In this document: positions 18,754-29,203 of the stretch, one piece after another | Layout of the letters: every line of letters starts with the position of its first letter | Position numbering within the stretch: the stretch's first letter is position 1 | DNA from: Minisyncoccota bacterium | GTDB lineage: Bacteria; Patescibacteriota; Minisyncoccia; Phycocordibacterales; CAJBRS01 | Direction: 5' to 3' | Assembly: GCA_035652395.1 (NCBI GenBank) | Contig: DASRDX010000012.1 | Span: 23,861 to 87,860, forward strand | Length of the DNA stretch: 64,000 bases | Notes under the pieces: model-generated | The model's input: only the letters and a program-made list of their open reading frames with translations | Database searches by the model: none | Told to the model about the DNA's origin: nothing | Position numbers and translations under genes: made by a program

Positions 18754-19518
18754 TTAGCCTAATTTGAAGAGCTGATATGCGTTCTGAATTAGCTGTTTTT
18801 TGACCATTTCTGGGTCTTCTCCGCGAATCTCCGCCAGACTCTTGACCACCTCCTTGACATAAAGCGGCTCGTTGCGTTTGCCGCGATATGGCATCGGCGT
18901 CACAAACGGGCAATCGGTCTCCGACATAATCATATCAAGAGGCGCTTTCTTGATGACTTCATCATAATCGCGGGCAAAAGTAATAACTCCAGTAAAAGAA
19001 AGCCTGAAGCCTAAATCTAAAAACGATTTGGCAATTTCCCAGTCGCCGGCGAAAAAATGTAGGTCGGCGGCAACTTTCGCGTGCGACTTTAAAATCTCGT
19101 AAGCGTCTTTGTAAGCCTTTTCGCCTCGAATATGAAGCATTAACGGTTTCCCTACTTCATTGGCCAGCTCAATTTGTTTAATAAAAATTTCTTTTTGTCT
19201 TTCAATTGATTCCGGAGCGGAACGAAAATAATCCAGCCCGCACTCGCCGACCGCTACCACTTTTTCATTTTTCAAAAGTGTTCGGAATTCCGAATCGTGG
19301 AAATCTTCTTCGTTGTCCGTCGGATGCTGGCCGACAATGGCATAGACTCCACTTTCATATTGATTCGCCAATTCTGAAGCGGTCTTGGATGATTCAATAT
19401 CCGTTCCGACGTTTATTATCCAGACATTTTCATCCAAGGCACGTTTGATGGTTTCCTTGCGATCACTTTCATAATCCGGAAAATTTAAATGAGCGTGAAT
19501 GTCTATATATTCGGGCAT
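18754..19518 (-). CDS. tatD: TatD family nuclease
   Basis: IDIHAHL, GQHP, GECGLDY, LHIR, ETDCPF. Confidence 0.95.
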   Translation of the reverse strand: MPEYIDIHAHLNFPDYESDRKETIKRALDENVWIINVGTDIESSKTASELANQYESGVYAIVGQHPTDNEEDFHDSEFRTLLKNEKVVAVGECGLDYFRSAPESIERQKEIFIKQIELANEVGKPLMLHIRGEKAYKDAYEILKSHAKVAADLHFFAGDWEIAKSFLDLGFRLSFTGVITFARDYDEVIKKAPLDMIMSETDCPFVTPMPYRGKRNEPLYVKEVVKSLAEIRGEDPEMVKKQLIQNAYQLFKLG

Positions 19519-19570
19519 ATCGGTCAGTTTACCTGACAAATTCTTTCTTGTCTGCTAAAGTCAGCATCAG

Positions 19571-20017
19571 ATGAATCGTGAACTTTTTGTAAGTACGGCC
19601 TTGAAATACGAAGGCTACCCTTGTTTATCAGCCGCAAAAAATCCAGGAAAAGGTTATGGTCCGGCAGGGTTTCATTGTTCTGGTTACATTATCTTCTTAT
19701 TGAGAGAACTGGGGTTCCCCCTCCTCCCAAGCATTTTGACTGCCAGGCAACTTTTCGATCTTGTGGGAATTTTAGTACATGAAGAATGTGCCGAGAGAGG
19801 AGATTTAATCTTCTTCAGTCGTCATGGAAGATGGCCAACTCATGTCGGAATTCTCTTAGATGAAACCAGTTACCTCAGCTCCCCTGGAATAACGGACTCA
19901 GTAGTCTGCATCAGAGAAATTCCTCATTGCAGATTCAATAAAAAGCCGGGCATAATTTACGCCCAAAGTCCCATCGGATATAAACGTCTGTTTGCAGTGA
20001 GCCCTTCAGCGAAATGA
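19571..20017 (+). CDS. NlpC/P60 family cysteine peptidase
   Basis: GFHCSG, GDLIFF, THVGI. Confidence 0.8.
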   Translation: MNRELFVSTALKYEGYPCLSAAKNPGKGYGPAGFHCSGYIIFLLRELGFPLLPSILTARQLFDLVGILVHEECAERGDLIFFSRHGRWPTHVGILLDETSYLSSPGITDSVVCIREIPHCRFNKKPGIIYAQSPIGYKRLFAVSPSAK

Positions 20018-20028
20018 AGGGTTTTTAT

Positions 20029-21459
20029 TTAATCCTTCCTTATAAAGAGAGGTTTTTCGGGAGATTTGTTTATTTTAATCAATTCAATAATTTTTTCGGC
20101 GGTTTCGGGGAGGGTAGGATGCAACATCTTTGCCGCTTGATATAAGCCGGTTAGGAGTAGTTTTATATCAGTCAGCGCTTTTTCCTTATCGGTTTTAATA
20201 AGCTTAAACGGCTCTTTCTTTTGAATAAATTCATCCAAAAATGATATTTCCGTCCAGATAACATTCATTGCCTTATTTAATTCAAAATTATTCAGATAGT
20301 TAAAATACTCTTTTGGAATGACGGCGTTAGAAGCATCTGCGTAAGGTTCTGATAAATAAGTCTCGGCCATTTTCATAATACGAGAGACGAGATTGCCGAG
20401 GCCATTGGCTAAATTGGCGTTATAAGCGGTTTTGAATTTCTCCAAGCTAAAATCACTGTCTTCAAAAGGATTTACTTCGCGCAAGTAATAATAACGAAGA
20501 GCGTCAACCCCGTATTCTTTTACCAGACTGACGGGGTTAATAACGTTGCCCAAGCTTTTGGAGATTTTCTGTCCTTCAATATTGATAAAACCGTGAATGA
20601 AGATCTGCTTGGACGACGGCAGACCGGCCGACATTAACATCGCCTGCCACATGGCCGCCTGCATACGGATTTGGTCTTTGCCGGCGATTTGGAGGCCGGG
20701 CCAAAAATCGGAAAAATCCCCTTCGATTTTTGGCCAGCCAAGGGTTGAGATGTAGTTAATTAGGGCGTCAAACCAGACATACATTACGTGTGCCGAATCG
20801 TCCGGCACTGGAATACCCCACGGCATTTTGGAAGCCAGTCGGGAAATACTGAAGTCTTCCAATCCCCTTTCCACAAAGCGTTTGATTTCGTTGAAGCGAA
20901 AATCCGGCACGACAAAAGCCGGATTTTCACGGTAAAGCTTTAAGAGCGGCTCTTGATACTTGGAAAAGCGAAAAAAATAATTTTCCTCTTCGATAATTTC
21001 GATTTTCAGATTCGGGTGAAGCAGGCAATGACCATTTTCATCCAGTTCTGAATCGGTTTTTTCCAATTCACAGCCAACGCAATATTTGATCTTGTAAAAC
21101 TTTTTATAGATGTCGCCCGCCTTATTGCAGCGGCGCCAAAACTCCTGCGCGGCGCTTTCGTGATGCGGATCTGTAGTCCGAATGAAATGAAGATCAGGGT
21201 ACAAATTTAGAAGCGGTTGAAGTTCTCTAAACTTGGCGGCATATCGATCAACATATTTTTGCGGATCTTCTTTATTCTCCCGCGCCTTATCATATATTTT
21301 CTGGCCGTGTTCATCGGTGCCGGTGGTGAAAAAAACTTTATCCCCAATCAAATCATGGTAACGAGCCAAAACGTCGGCCTGCACAAACTCCAAAGCCGTG
21401 CCGATATGAGGTTCCGCGTTCACGTATGGTAGCGTGGTGGTAATGTAGAAATTTTTCAT
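20029..21459 (-). CDS. metG: methionyl-tRNA synthetase (short form)
   Basis: PHIGT, GTDEHGQK, YVWFDALINY, KISKSLGN. Confidence 0.97.
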   Translation of the reverse strand: MKNFYITTTLPYVNAEPHIGTALEFVQADVLARYHDLIGDKVFFTTGTDEHGQKIYDKARENKEDPQKYVDRYAAKFRELQPLLNLYPDLHFIRTTDPHHESAAQEFWRRCNKAGDIYKKFYKIKYCVGCELEKTDSELDENGHCLLHPNLKIEIIEEENYFFRFSKYQEPLLKLYRENPAFVVPDFRFNEIKRFVERGLEDFSISRLASKMPWGIPVPDDSAHVMYVWFDALINYISTLGWPKIEGDFSDFWPGLQIAGKDQIRMQAAMWQAMLMSAGLPSSKQIFIHGFINIEGQKISKSLGNVINPVSLVKEYGVDALRYYYLREVNPFEDSDFSLEKFKTAYNANLANGLGNLVSRIMKMAETYLSEPYADASNAVIPKEYFNYLNNFELNKAMNVIWTEISFLDEFIQKKEPFKLIKTDKEKALTDIKLLLTGLYQAAKMLHPTLPETAEKIIELIKINKSPEKPLFIRKD

Positions 21460-21473
21460 GAGAACTTACTCCG

Positions 21474-22553
21474 TTACTTAAGAGACTCCTCTTTCAATTT
21501 CGGATGTCTCTTGTGCTCAAGGTCATCCAAAAATTCCATTAGGGTCACGGAAATTGGAATAGAGAGAATAATGCCAAAAAATCCCGCGAGCTCCCCTCCG
21601 GCAATCAAGGCAATGATGACCAGAAGAGGCGGGATGCCAACAATTTTCCGCACTACTAACGGATAAATGAGATGAGCTTCAAACTGCTGGACAATGATAT
21701 AAAGGCCGACGATCAAGAAGGCTAGGGTCCAGCCGCCCTGCAAATATCCTAAAAGAAAGGCCGGGATGCCCGCCATGGTCATGCCCACCACCGGAATGAG
21801 CTCAAAGACACCGGCCAAAATAGCCAACGTCAGCGGATGTTGAATGCCGAAAATGTTCAAACCGAGGAAAATCAAAATGGCCACAATCAAACCGAGAAGA
21901 AGCTGCCCCTGCATCCAACGGCCAATTTTAGTGCGAGCGCGCCGCCAAAGATTGATGACATATTTCTCGTGTGAAGGTGGGGTGACGATCCCGAGGAAAT
22001 CGGCCACGCCGTCTTCTCTAACTGCCAGATAAAACGAGAGCACCACGATCAGAATGAAGCTGACCACTCCGCCGAAAATGCCGGAAATGGTGCTAAAGAA
22101 CCCTGAAGAAAGGCCGGCGAAAGAAGAAGTGATGGTGTTAATGATACTGTCAATGGAAATACTTTGCGGAAGACCGGGTAAGGCCGAAGTAAAGTTGGCG
22201 AAGGCGTCGTTGTGGAAAGGATTGATTAGATCAATAGTTTTGACATATTGCGGCAAGTTGGTAAGAAGGCTGGCGGTTTCTGAAAGTAAAGGCGGAATAA
22301 CAAAATAAAAAATGGAAATGAAAACTAAAATAATCAAAGCGTAAACTGTCAGAGTAGCCAAGGCTCGAGGAAATTTTCTTTTGACCAACCAGCTGGTACC
22401 GGGTTCGATAGCTGAGGCAATAGTGACGGCAACCAGAAGAATTAAAACTAATCCGCGTAAAAGAAAAAGAACCCAAGCCAGTACCAGAAAAAGGATGGTC
22501 TTAATGATAGTGCCGGAAGTAATATTGATAGTGATATTCGGAGTTTCTTTCAT
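21474..22553 (-). CDS. AI-2E family transporter
   Basis: FELIPVVG, QQFEAHLIYP, GFFGIILSIP. Confidence 0.9.
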   Translation of the reverse strand: MKETPNITINITSGTIIKTILFLVLAWVLFLLRGLVLILLVAVTIASAIEPGTSWLVKRKFPRALATLTVYALIILVFISIFYFVIPPLLSETASLLTNLPQYVKTIDLINPFHNDAFANFTSALPGLPQSISIDSIINTITSSFAGLSSGFFSTISGIFGGVVSFILIVVLSFYLAVREDGVADFLGIVTPPSHEKYVINLWRRARTKIGRWMQGQLLLGLIVAILIFLGLNIFGIQHPLTLAILAGVFELIPVVGMTMAGIPAFLLGYLQGGWTLAFLIVGLYIIVQQFEAHLIYPLVVRKIVGIPPLLVIIALIAGGELAGFFGIILSIPISVTLMEFLDDLEHKRHPKLKEESLK

Positions 22554-22631
22554 AAATAAATCATATCAGGATTTAGCCTCTTGGGGAAAGGCGTTCTCGA
22601 TCGCTTTTGTCGGAATGAGGCCGGCGCCGTT

Positions 22632-23909
22632 TTAGCGGGCGCCGGTCACTTTTAACAAAGGCAGAAATTGTCTGGAATTTTTAACCGGGCCGGCCATTAC
22701 TAAATTCATGCCGCTGTTCTGAAAAATTTCCTGCGCTACTTTCTGAATATCTTTGGCCGTTACTTTTTTAACAATATTGGCCCAATTTTTCGGGGTGATG
22801 ATTTTTTCTTTGTAAATTTCCTGAAATCCAAAGTAATCGGCCAAATCATCTGACGATTCAAGACCGAGGAACATTCGCCCAATTCTGTAATCTTTGGCCT
22901 TTTTTAATTCAATCTCATCAAGTGGGTCAATTCTAATTTTTTTAATTTCTTCCAAGATTGCAGCTACCGCTTCCCTTTCCCGACCCTTGGCTACTCCGCA
23001 GGAGATAACGAAAGTGCCATGATCAATGGAAAAACGATTGCCGGCTGAAATGTAATAGCAGAGGCCTAAGTCCTCCCGCATTTTTTGAAAAAGACGCGAG
23101 CTCATTCCCCCACCCAAAACAGATCCGAGTATCAGGGCTTTTGACCATCTTTTATCAAATCGATTAAAGCTTCTAAAAGCCAGACGGATGTGAGTTTGAT
23201 CACCTTTTGTATGATGTACTTTCAGTTGAGGGCGGCGCTGAGAAACAGTAGTTTTCTTTTTTCCTTTTTTAAGACCCTTAGAAATGGCCGAAAAAGCCTC
23301 TTCTACCGTGGGCAGAATTTTATTATCAACTCGGCCGGCTATCACCAAAACGGTGGCTTTGGAGACATAGTGATCCTTTCGGTATGAAATCAAGTCCTGG
23401 CGACTGAATTTTCGAACATTTTCCCGAGTGCCGGCTATTTCAAAACCGGCCGGCTGATCCGGATAAAGTAATTCGTAGAGAAGCCGCTCCGTCTTGTGCT
23501 GTGGCATTTCCTCATACATATTAATTTCTTCAACTACTACTCCTTTCTCTTTCTCAATCTCTTTTTCGGGGAAAGTGGAATTTAAATAAACATCCGAAAC
23601 TATTTCCACTAATTTGGATAAATGACTCTGATGAGCTTTGGCGTAGTAGCCAGTGTATTCGCTGCCGGTAAAAGCGTTGCTCTCGGCCCCGATGCTATCA
23701 AGTTCATGAGAAATAATCTTAGCGGTCGGGCGCTTGAGAGTACCTTTGAAACACATATGCTCCAGAAAATGAGAAATACCATTATTCTTTTTATTTTCGT
23801 ATTCCGAGCCAGCCTCCACCAAAACCATCACTGTCACGTTTTCAGTGTCTTTCATCGGCACTGTAATCACTCGCATACCATTTTTGAGAACTTTTCGATG
23901 GAATTTCAT
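22632..23909 (-). CDS. M16 family zinc peptidase
   Basis: HFLEH motif, GGGMSSRLF...RE. Confidence 0.95.
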   Translation of the reverse strand: MKFHRKVLKNGMRVITVPMKDTENVTVMVLVEAGSEYENKKNNGISHFLEHMCFKGTLKRPTAKIISHELDSIGAESNAFTGSEYTGYYAKAHQSHLSKLVEIVSDVYLNSTFPEKEIEKEKGVVVEEINMYEEMPQHKTERLLYELLYPDQPAGFEIAGTRENVRKFSRQDLISYRKDHYVSKATVLVIAGRVDNKILPTVEEAFSAISKGLKKGKKKTTVSQRRPQLKVHHTKGDQTHIRLAFRSFNRFDKRWSKALILGSVLGGGMSSRLFQKMREDLGLCYYISAGNRFSIDHGTFVISCGVAKGREREAVAAILEEIKKIRIDPLDEIELKKAKDYRIGRMFLGLESSDDLADYFGFQEIYKEKIITPKNWANIVKKVTAKDIQKVAQEIFQNSGMNLVMAGPVKNSRQFLPLLKVTGAR

Positions 23910-24080
23910 AGGAAATTAGAATACGGGAATAAAGAGAAAAAGTCTAGAAAGAAAAACCGCCCTTCTAATAATATAGATTTGGGCGGTTTTCAAAATGTTT
24001 GAATCATGAAAACATGAAATCTTAAATAAGAATGTCTATTCAAAATATTTAGACAATCTTATGAGGTTGCAAAGAACTAA

Positions 24081-24632
24081 CTACTTTACCGCGACGATGC
24101 GCTGTTCGGGATAAGCTGCAACTTTCTCTTCCCGTGACATCAGCCGCATTGGTAATGGCTGGAATTCCAGCAGACTGCTTCGATAATGACCCAGATGAAT
24201 CACAACGTACAGAATGCATAGTTTTGGGATAACTAGCTTCCTGTCGAGGACATATTCTCTTCCGTTCCATCTCGAACCAATCATGATACAGGCAGTTCGG
24301 GTTTCTTCGTCGTGACCAAGATGCTGAAAGCGAACCTGATGACGAAGGAATCCGGCAAACAAGGCATAGCTCGTCAGAATTTGACTTTCCTTCTGATGAT
24401 CCAGAAACTTTATCCAGTGCCAAGGCTGATCATAAAAGCTGTTAGGCTTCTGAAACCTTGGATCGTAGTACAGACTTCGACCGCAATTGTAGAATGCGAT
24501 GATGTTGTCATACTTTCCTGAATGTTGGTCTGCCCAGTTTCTACGGACACGACAGTTTCGGATTAATGGACCAACCACTCCGTTAGGACACGGTCGGATT
24601 ACCTGGTCTGCTCTTTTTAGCGGACTTTTCAT
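24081..24632 (-). CDS. hypothetical protein
   Basis: 183-aa ORF with AAAGGAGAGG upstream; no motif recognised. Confidence 0.45.
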   Translation of the reverse strand: MKSPLKRADQVIRPCPNGVVGPLIRNCRVRRNWADQHSGKYDNIIAFYNCGRSLYYDPRFQKPNSFYDQPWHWIKFLDHQKESQILTSYALFAGFLRHQVRFQHLGHDEETRTACIMIGSRWNGREYVLDRKLVIPKLCILYVVIHLGHYRSSLLEFQPLPMRLMSREEKVAAYPEQRIVAVK

Positions 24633-24693
24633 TACCTCTCCTTTGTTGATGTTTTTGAAGTGGAGTTATTCCACCCCCCTATAGTGAATTATA

Positions 24694-26004
24694 TCACAAA
24701 TCTTTGAAAATAGCAAGTAGTCCATTAATCTCTAAGCGTCTCTGTTCCCCGCTATCGCGATCGCGTAAGGTGACGGTATCGTCTTCCAAAGTTTGAAAAT
24801 CGATAGTAATACAAAATGGTGTGCCGATTTCATCTTGGCGGCGGTAACGTTTGCCGATGTTGCCGTTGTCGTCGAAGGCAGCATCGGCAATTTCTTTCTT
24901 CAGCATTTGATAAACTTCCTGAGCTTTTTTTACCAACTCCGGCTTGTTTTTGAGAAGTGGAAAGACGGCTGCTTTAATCGGAGCGATAGCGGGTGAAAAG
25001 CGCAAAAAAGCGCGTTTTTCGCCGCCCAATTCATCTTCCGTGTAAGCATTCGTTAAGATAGCCAGCACTAGTCGATCTACTCCAAATGACGGCTCAATAC
25101 AGTGTGGAATAAATTTTTCTTTAGTTTCCTCATCTAAATAAGAGAAATCAGTCTTACTGGCTTCGGCATGAGCTTTTAAATCAAAATCAGTCCGGTAAGC
25201 AAGGCCGCATAATTCTTTGCGACCAAACGGATATTCAAATTCAAAATCGATAGTGCGTTTGGAATAATGAGCTCTTTCTTCTTCAGGAACCTCCAATTCA
25301 CTTACTCCACTTTTTAAACCAATTTTCGAAAGCCAGTCGATGATTTCATCTTTAAGATCTTCAAAAGATTTTTTCCACTCCCCTTCTTTCACAAAGTATT
25401 CGATTTCCATCTGTTCAAATTCTCGAGTCCGGAAAAGAAAATCACGGGGAGCAATCTCGTTTCGAAAAGCTCGACCGATTTGAGCCAGCCCAAATGGCAG
25501 CTTTGGATGATAAGCGTCAATAATATTCTTGAAATTAACGAACATTCCTTGAGCCGTTTCCGGTCTCAAATAGGAAACGGCCGTCGCCTCTTCCGAGGCG
25601 CCGACCTGCGTCTTAAACATCATGTTAAATTGCTTGGCTTCGCCAAGAGTTCCACCACATTCTGGACAGATTGAGGCGTTTTCGATTTGATCGGCCCGAA
25701 AACGCCTCTTGCATTTTCGACATTCAACCAACGGATCGGAGAACCCGCTGACATGACCGCTGGCTTCCCAGACTTTCTGATTCATAAGAATAGCGGTTTC
25801 AATGCCAAAAATATCTTCGCGATTCTCCACAAAAGTTTTCCACCAATCTTTTTTGATGTTGTTTTTGAGGGCCAGCCCGAGTGGACCGTAATCGTAAGTA
25901 CCGGCCAAGCCTCCATAAATTTCAGAGCCGGGGAAAACAAAACCACGTCGTTTAGAAAACGAGACGATTTTTTCCATCAGATTCTCGGAATTTTCCTTCT
26001 TCAT
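24694..26004 (-). CDS. glyQS: glycyl-tRNA synthetase (alpha2 type)
   Basis: YLRPETAQG, FRTREFEQME, IEPSFGVDR, GKRYRRQDEIGTP. Confidence 0.97.
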   Translation of the reverse strand: MKKENSENLMEKIVSFSKRRGFVFPGSEIYGGLAGTYDYGPLGLALKNNIKKDWWKTFVENREDIFGIETAILMNQKVWEASGHVSGFSDPLVECRKCKRRFRADQIENASICPECGGTLGEAKQFNMMFKTQVGASEEATAVSYLRPETAQGMFVNFKNIIDAYHPKLPFGLAQIGRAFRNEIAPRDFLFRTREFEQMEIEYFVKEGEWKKSFEDLKDEIIDWLSKIGLKSGVSELEVPEEERAHYSKRTIDFEFEYPFGRKELCGLAYRTDFDLKAHAEASKTDFSYLDEETKEKFIPHCIEPSFGVDRLVLAILTNAYTEDELGGEKRAFLRFSPAIAPIKAAVFPLLKNKPELVKKAQEVYQMLKKEIADAAFDDNGNIGKRYRRQDEIGTPFCITIDFQTLEDDTVTLRDRDSGEQRRLEINGLLAIFKDL

Positions 26005-26026
26005 TATCTAAAGTATACAATGAATT

Positions 26027-26054
26027 AAAGGGGCGCGCTGCAGGCGCGCCCCTT
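26027..26054. terminator. intrinsic terminator
   Basis: AAAGGGGCGCGC-TGCAG-GCGCGCCCCTTT. Confidence 0.7.
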
Positions 26055-26070
26055 TCTCTTTTTGCCCCAT

Positions 26071-28011
26071 TTATTTCACCACCTGATCATCTCCCGAATG
26101 AAAGGCCGGATCGGTGCTTAAGCGAGTAGTCAATTCTTTATTAGTATTTGTCAAAATCGTATTGGTAAAGTCATCGGTACCTTTAACCGTCGCTTCATTG
26201 ATTAAGTTGGGAGAGCTGCCAAACTGGCTGACGCTCGGCAAAAGCGAAATCTGGAAAGAAAGGCGTCGTGGCGAATTCACAAAACCGGTGCCGGCATCCA
26301 GATTTCCAACTTTCCAAGTAATTTGTTTGTTAACAGGATTAAATGTGACGTCTTCATTAGTAGGGCTAATCTTCCCGAGCCAGCTAACATAACTTGGCAA
26401 TGTAGCTGTGACTGTCACGTTATCCGCTCGATTAAAAGAATTAGTCAAAGCCCAGTTAATAGTATAGGTAGTCGGTACTTCGGCTTTTGGCGGAAGTGGG
26501 CCGCTGTTCTGGAACGGTCCAACTGAATAGACAGCTGAAGATGTCAGCAGTAAATTAGAAGCTACTTTCAGAGTGGTTGAGCCGCTAGTGTTAATGGATT
26601 GCGGAACATTTGATTCCGAAAGACGTTGGCCAGTGACACTCTCATTAAATGTAATAATTGGATTACGGAAGGAGCTCATGGTTTGATAATTAGTTGGAAC
26701 AGTTTGAAAAGTGAAGTAGACTCCTCCTTTAGCTCCCGGGCCAATATTGGCCAAATCCGGAGTGTTGGTCTGATCCCAAGTCAGAGTATTGTCGGCCGAT
26801 CGATAAAAACCTCCGCCCGCATCCACAGATGTTTTGTCCAGAATTGGTCCGTTTAATTTAACCGAGATGGACGCATTGGTAATGGAAGTATTCAGATTAT
26901 TTTTCCAATTAATGGCTCCGTGAACAAGTTGCCCGCTTTGAATAACGTGAATGGTGGCCGGATCGCCATCAAAAGTCAGTGGCGTTTGGAAAAATGGCTT
27001 GCTAATCGCTACCGTCTGAGAGGTGTTAATAAAAATGGTGCTGATGTTACTTTGACTCGAGCTTGAGGCAGTACCGGTGTAGAAATGGAAGACTCTTTGA
27101 TCGCCGTCTTCGCCGGTAATTCGTCCCGTAATAGTAATATCGCGACTTGCCCCTTTTGAAAGAGTGCCGAGATTCCAGACATTTTTCAGAAAGGTAGGAG
27201 TCGGAGTAGCATTCTCAAAGCTAAAACCAAATGGATAATCTACTTTCAAAATTAAGTTATTTAAATCTATACCGGAATTTGAAACAAGATGAGCATTAAG
27301 AGTCAGCTCTTCGTTTGAATTAATTTCTTTCAGAGAATCAATGGTTAAGGTGACGGGCGCAGAAGCGATTAAAATACTGTAATCACTTTCTTTGGAATAG
27401 ACAGCATTCGAACCGGCGATGCGGTAAGTTAGAGTCACTTTAATAGTTTGATGACTGTTTTCTTCACCGTAAAGAACAGATTTGGCCGTCTCCCTAAGAG
27501 ACTGGCCGGGATTAATAGTTTCAATTGAAAGTTGGTCGGATTTTAAGGGAGTATTAAAGTCGGCGGCACTTTTTGTTCCGTCTGGATAATCAAAGGTGAG
27601 GTCAGCCAATTGCAGCGGAATATTATTCTTGTTTGTAATTTCCACATCAATAGAAAGAGCTTGGCCGGCAGCCACAGAAACAGGCGCGATAATGGCCATA
27701 TTAATATTATTGGAAGAGACGACGTTCGAGCCACGGAAATAAACGTAGGCGGCCACGGCGATGGAAGCGACAAAGAAAATAACGGCAAAGATTAAAAGAC
27801 CGCGAAAGAAAAAACTGTATTGATTAGTGTCGGATTCGGCCCCGAGAAGAATCGGCTCTTGATCAATTGGCGGCTTTTCCCAATCTTTTTTCACCTCAAA
27901 CTCCCCTGGATGAAGCTTGCGGCGCTTAACTTCCGATGGAGGCGGATGGCTCTTTGAATAAAGGCTTTTGCGCAGTTCATTTATTTTATCCTGCTCTTCC
28001 GGCGTTGGCAT
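26071..28011 (-). CDS. membrane-anchored multi-Ig-fold (DUF11-like) protein
   Basis: Single TM then repeated beta domains; GPLPPK...TTYTINW. Confidence 0.7.
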   Translation of the reverse strand: MPTPEEQDKINELRKSLYSKSHPPPSEVKRRKLHPGEFEVKKDWEKPPIDQEPILLGAESDTNQYSFFFRGLLIFAVIFFVASIAVAAYVYFRGSNVVSSNNINMAIIAPVSVAAGQALSIDVEITNKNNIPLQLADLTFDYPDGTKSAADFNTPLKSDQLSIETINPGQSLRETAKSVLYGEENSHQTIKVTLTYRIAGSNAVYSKESDYSILIASAPVTLTIDSLKEINSNEELTLNAHLVSNSGIDLNNLILKVDYPFGFSFENATPTPTFLKNVWNLGTLSKGASRDITITGRITGEDGDQRVFHFYTGTASSSSQSNISTIFINTSQTVAISKPFFQTPLTFDGDPATIHVIQSGQLVHGAINWKNNLNTSITNASISVKLNGPILDKTSVDAGGGFYRSADNTLTWDQTNTPDLANIGPGAKGGVYFTFQTVPTNYQTMSSFRNPIITFNESVTGQRLSESNVPQSINTSGSTTLKVASNLLLTSSAVYSVGPFQNSGPLPPKAEVPTTYTINWALTNSFNRADNVTVTATLPSYVSWLGKISPTNEDVTFNPVNKQITWKVGNLDAGTGFVNSPRRLSFQISLLPSVSQFGSSPNLINEATVKGTDDFTNTILTNTNKELTTRLSTDPAFHSGDDQVVK

Positions 28012-28043
28012 GCGTAAATTATAACACGCTTGAAATTCAGCAA

Positions 28044-28640
28044 TTAAAGTTGAGATTCTCGCAGTGAAAGATTAATAGTGGAGATAGCCTCTTTACTGAC
28101 AATCCCCATTTGCTCAAGCAATTCCTGATGCCAGATTTCGGTCTGGAGGAATGGTTCGAAGGTAGAATTCTGGCCGAGATAACCGAGGGAATTCAAAATG
28201 CGGAGGACTAGAATAGCTTCGAAGTTGGAGAGCAGTTCGTTAGAGAGAAAGCGGCCACGCTCTTTGCCAGCAAAGAGCGTGGCCGCTCTCAAAATCTGAA
28301 AAAGTTCTTCATTTTTCTCTTCGCCGGCTAGTAATCGGCGAAGCAGACTAAAGACGCGAGCAAAAACATTAAACTGCTCGCGCCCCAACTCTTCATACAA
28401 ATTATTGAGTTTCGAAGCGCTGGTAATCCGCCAAACATCCTTCCCTCGCACCAGTGACAAATGACTTAACGAATAATCCTGCAAAGAATATCGCAATTTT
28501 GATTCAATCAGGCGCACGCCCTGCGCCGTGGCGTCAATCTTTCCAAGATCTCGAGTCAAAATATTGAAGTAGCGATTAGCTTCCCCGCTATTTGAACTCC
28601 CCAAAATAAATCCGTCTGTTTGATAGATGTGATGGGACAT
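28044..28640 (-). CDS. recO: DNA repair protein RecO
   Basis: GEANRYFNILTRDLGKIDATAQGVR...SKL. Confidence 0.85.
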   Translation of the reverse strand: MSHHIYQTDGFILGSSNSGEANRYFNILTRDLGKIDATAQGVRLIESKLRYSLQDYSLSHLSLVRGKDVWRITSASKLNNLYEELGREQFNVFARVFSLLRRLLAGEEKNEELFQILRAATLFAGKERGRFLSNELLSNFEAILVLRILNSLGYLGQNSTFEPFLQTEIWHQELLEQMGIVSKEAISTINLSLRESQL

Positions 28641-29203
28641 TATTTTGATATCTCCAATAATTTCTCTAAAACAATTGGTAGTTCATTAAAACCATCTTCC
28701 CCATTTATGTGTCCGGCGTTTTTAATAATAATTATTTCTGGATTCAATCGTTCCTTAAATAGTTGAGTATTTTCTTCAAATGGCACCACCGGATCATTAT
28801 CCGAAAAGATTGTGACTATTCTAGAAGAGCGTTTTTTTATCATTGCAAAATCAATTGGTGTCTTGAACCACGGTTCAGCTATCTCGTCTTCCCCTTCTAG
28901 GTTCATCAATGTAAACCATGGGGCTACTAATATAGTGCCCCCCATAGCGTTTCCGGGTCTAGCCAAATAACGAAGAGCGGTTTGCGTACCAATGCTATGG
29001 CCAATTAAATAGGTGTTTTTATCAGTTTTACCGATGATCTTTTCAAGCTGAGAAACCCACTTATCAATTTGAGGGGTTTCTGTCTCTGGCATATCCGGAA
29101 CCTGTACTTCAAAACCTCGAACTTCTAATTCTTTTTTCAGCCACGGAAACCAATCAGATTTCGAATCAGCTCCCCAGCCATGGATAATAATTACTCTTTT
29201 CAT
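28640..29203 (-). CDS. RBBP9/YdeN family alpha/beta hydrolase
   Basis: IIHGW, WFPWL, GHSIG, SDNDP, AGHIN. Confidence 0.92.
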   Translation of the reverse strand: MKRVIIIHGWGADSKSDWFPWLKKELEVRGFEVQVPDMPETETPQIDKWVSQLEKIIGKTDKNTYLIGHSIGTQTALRYLARPGNAMGGTILVAPWFTLMNLEGEDEIAEPWFKTPIDFAMIKKRSSRIVTIFSDNDPVVPFEENTQLFKERLNPEIIIIKNAGHINGEDGFNELPIVLEKLLEISK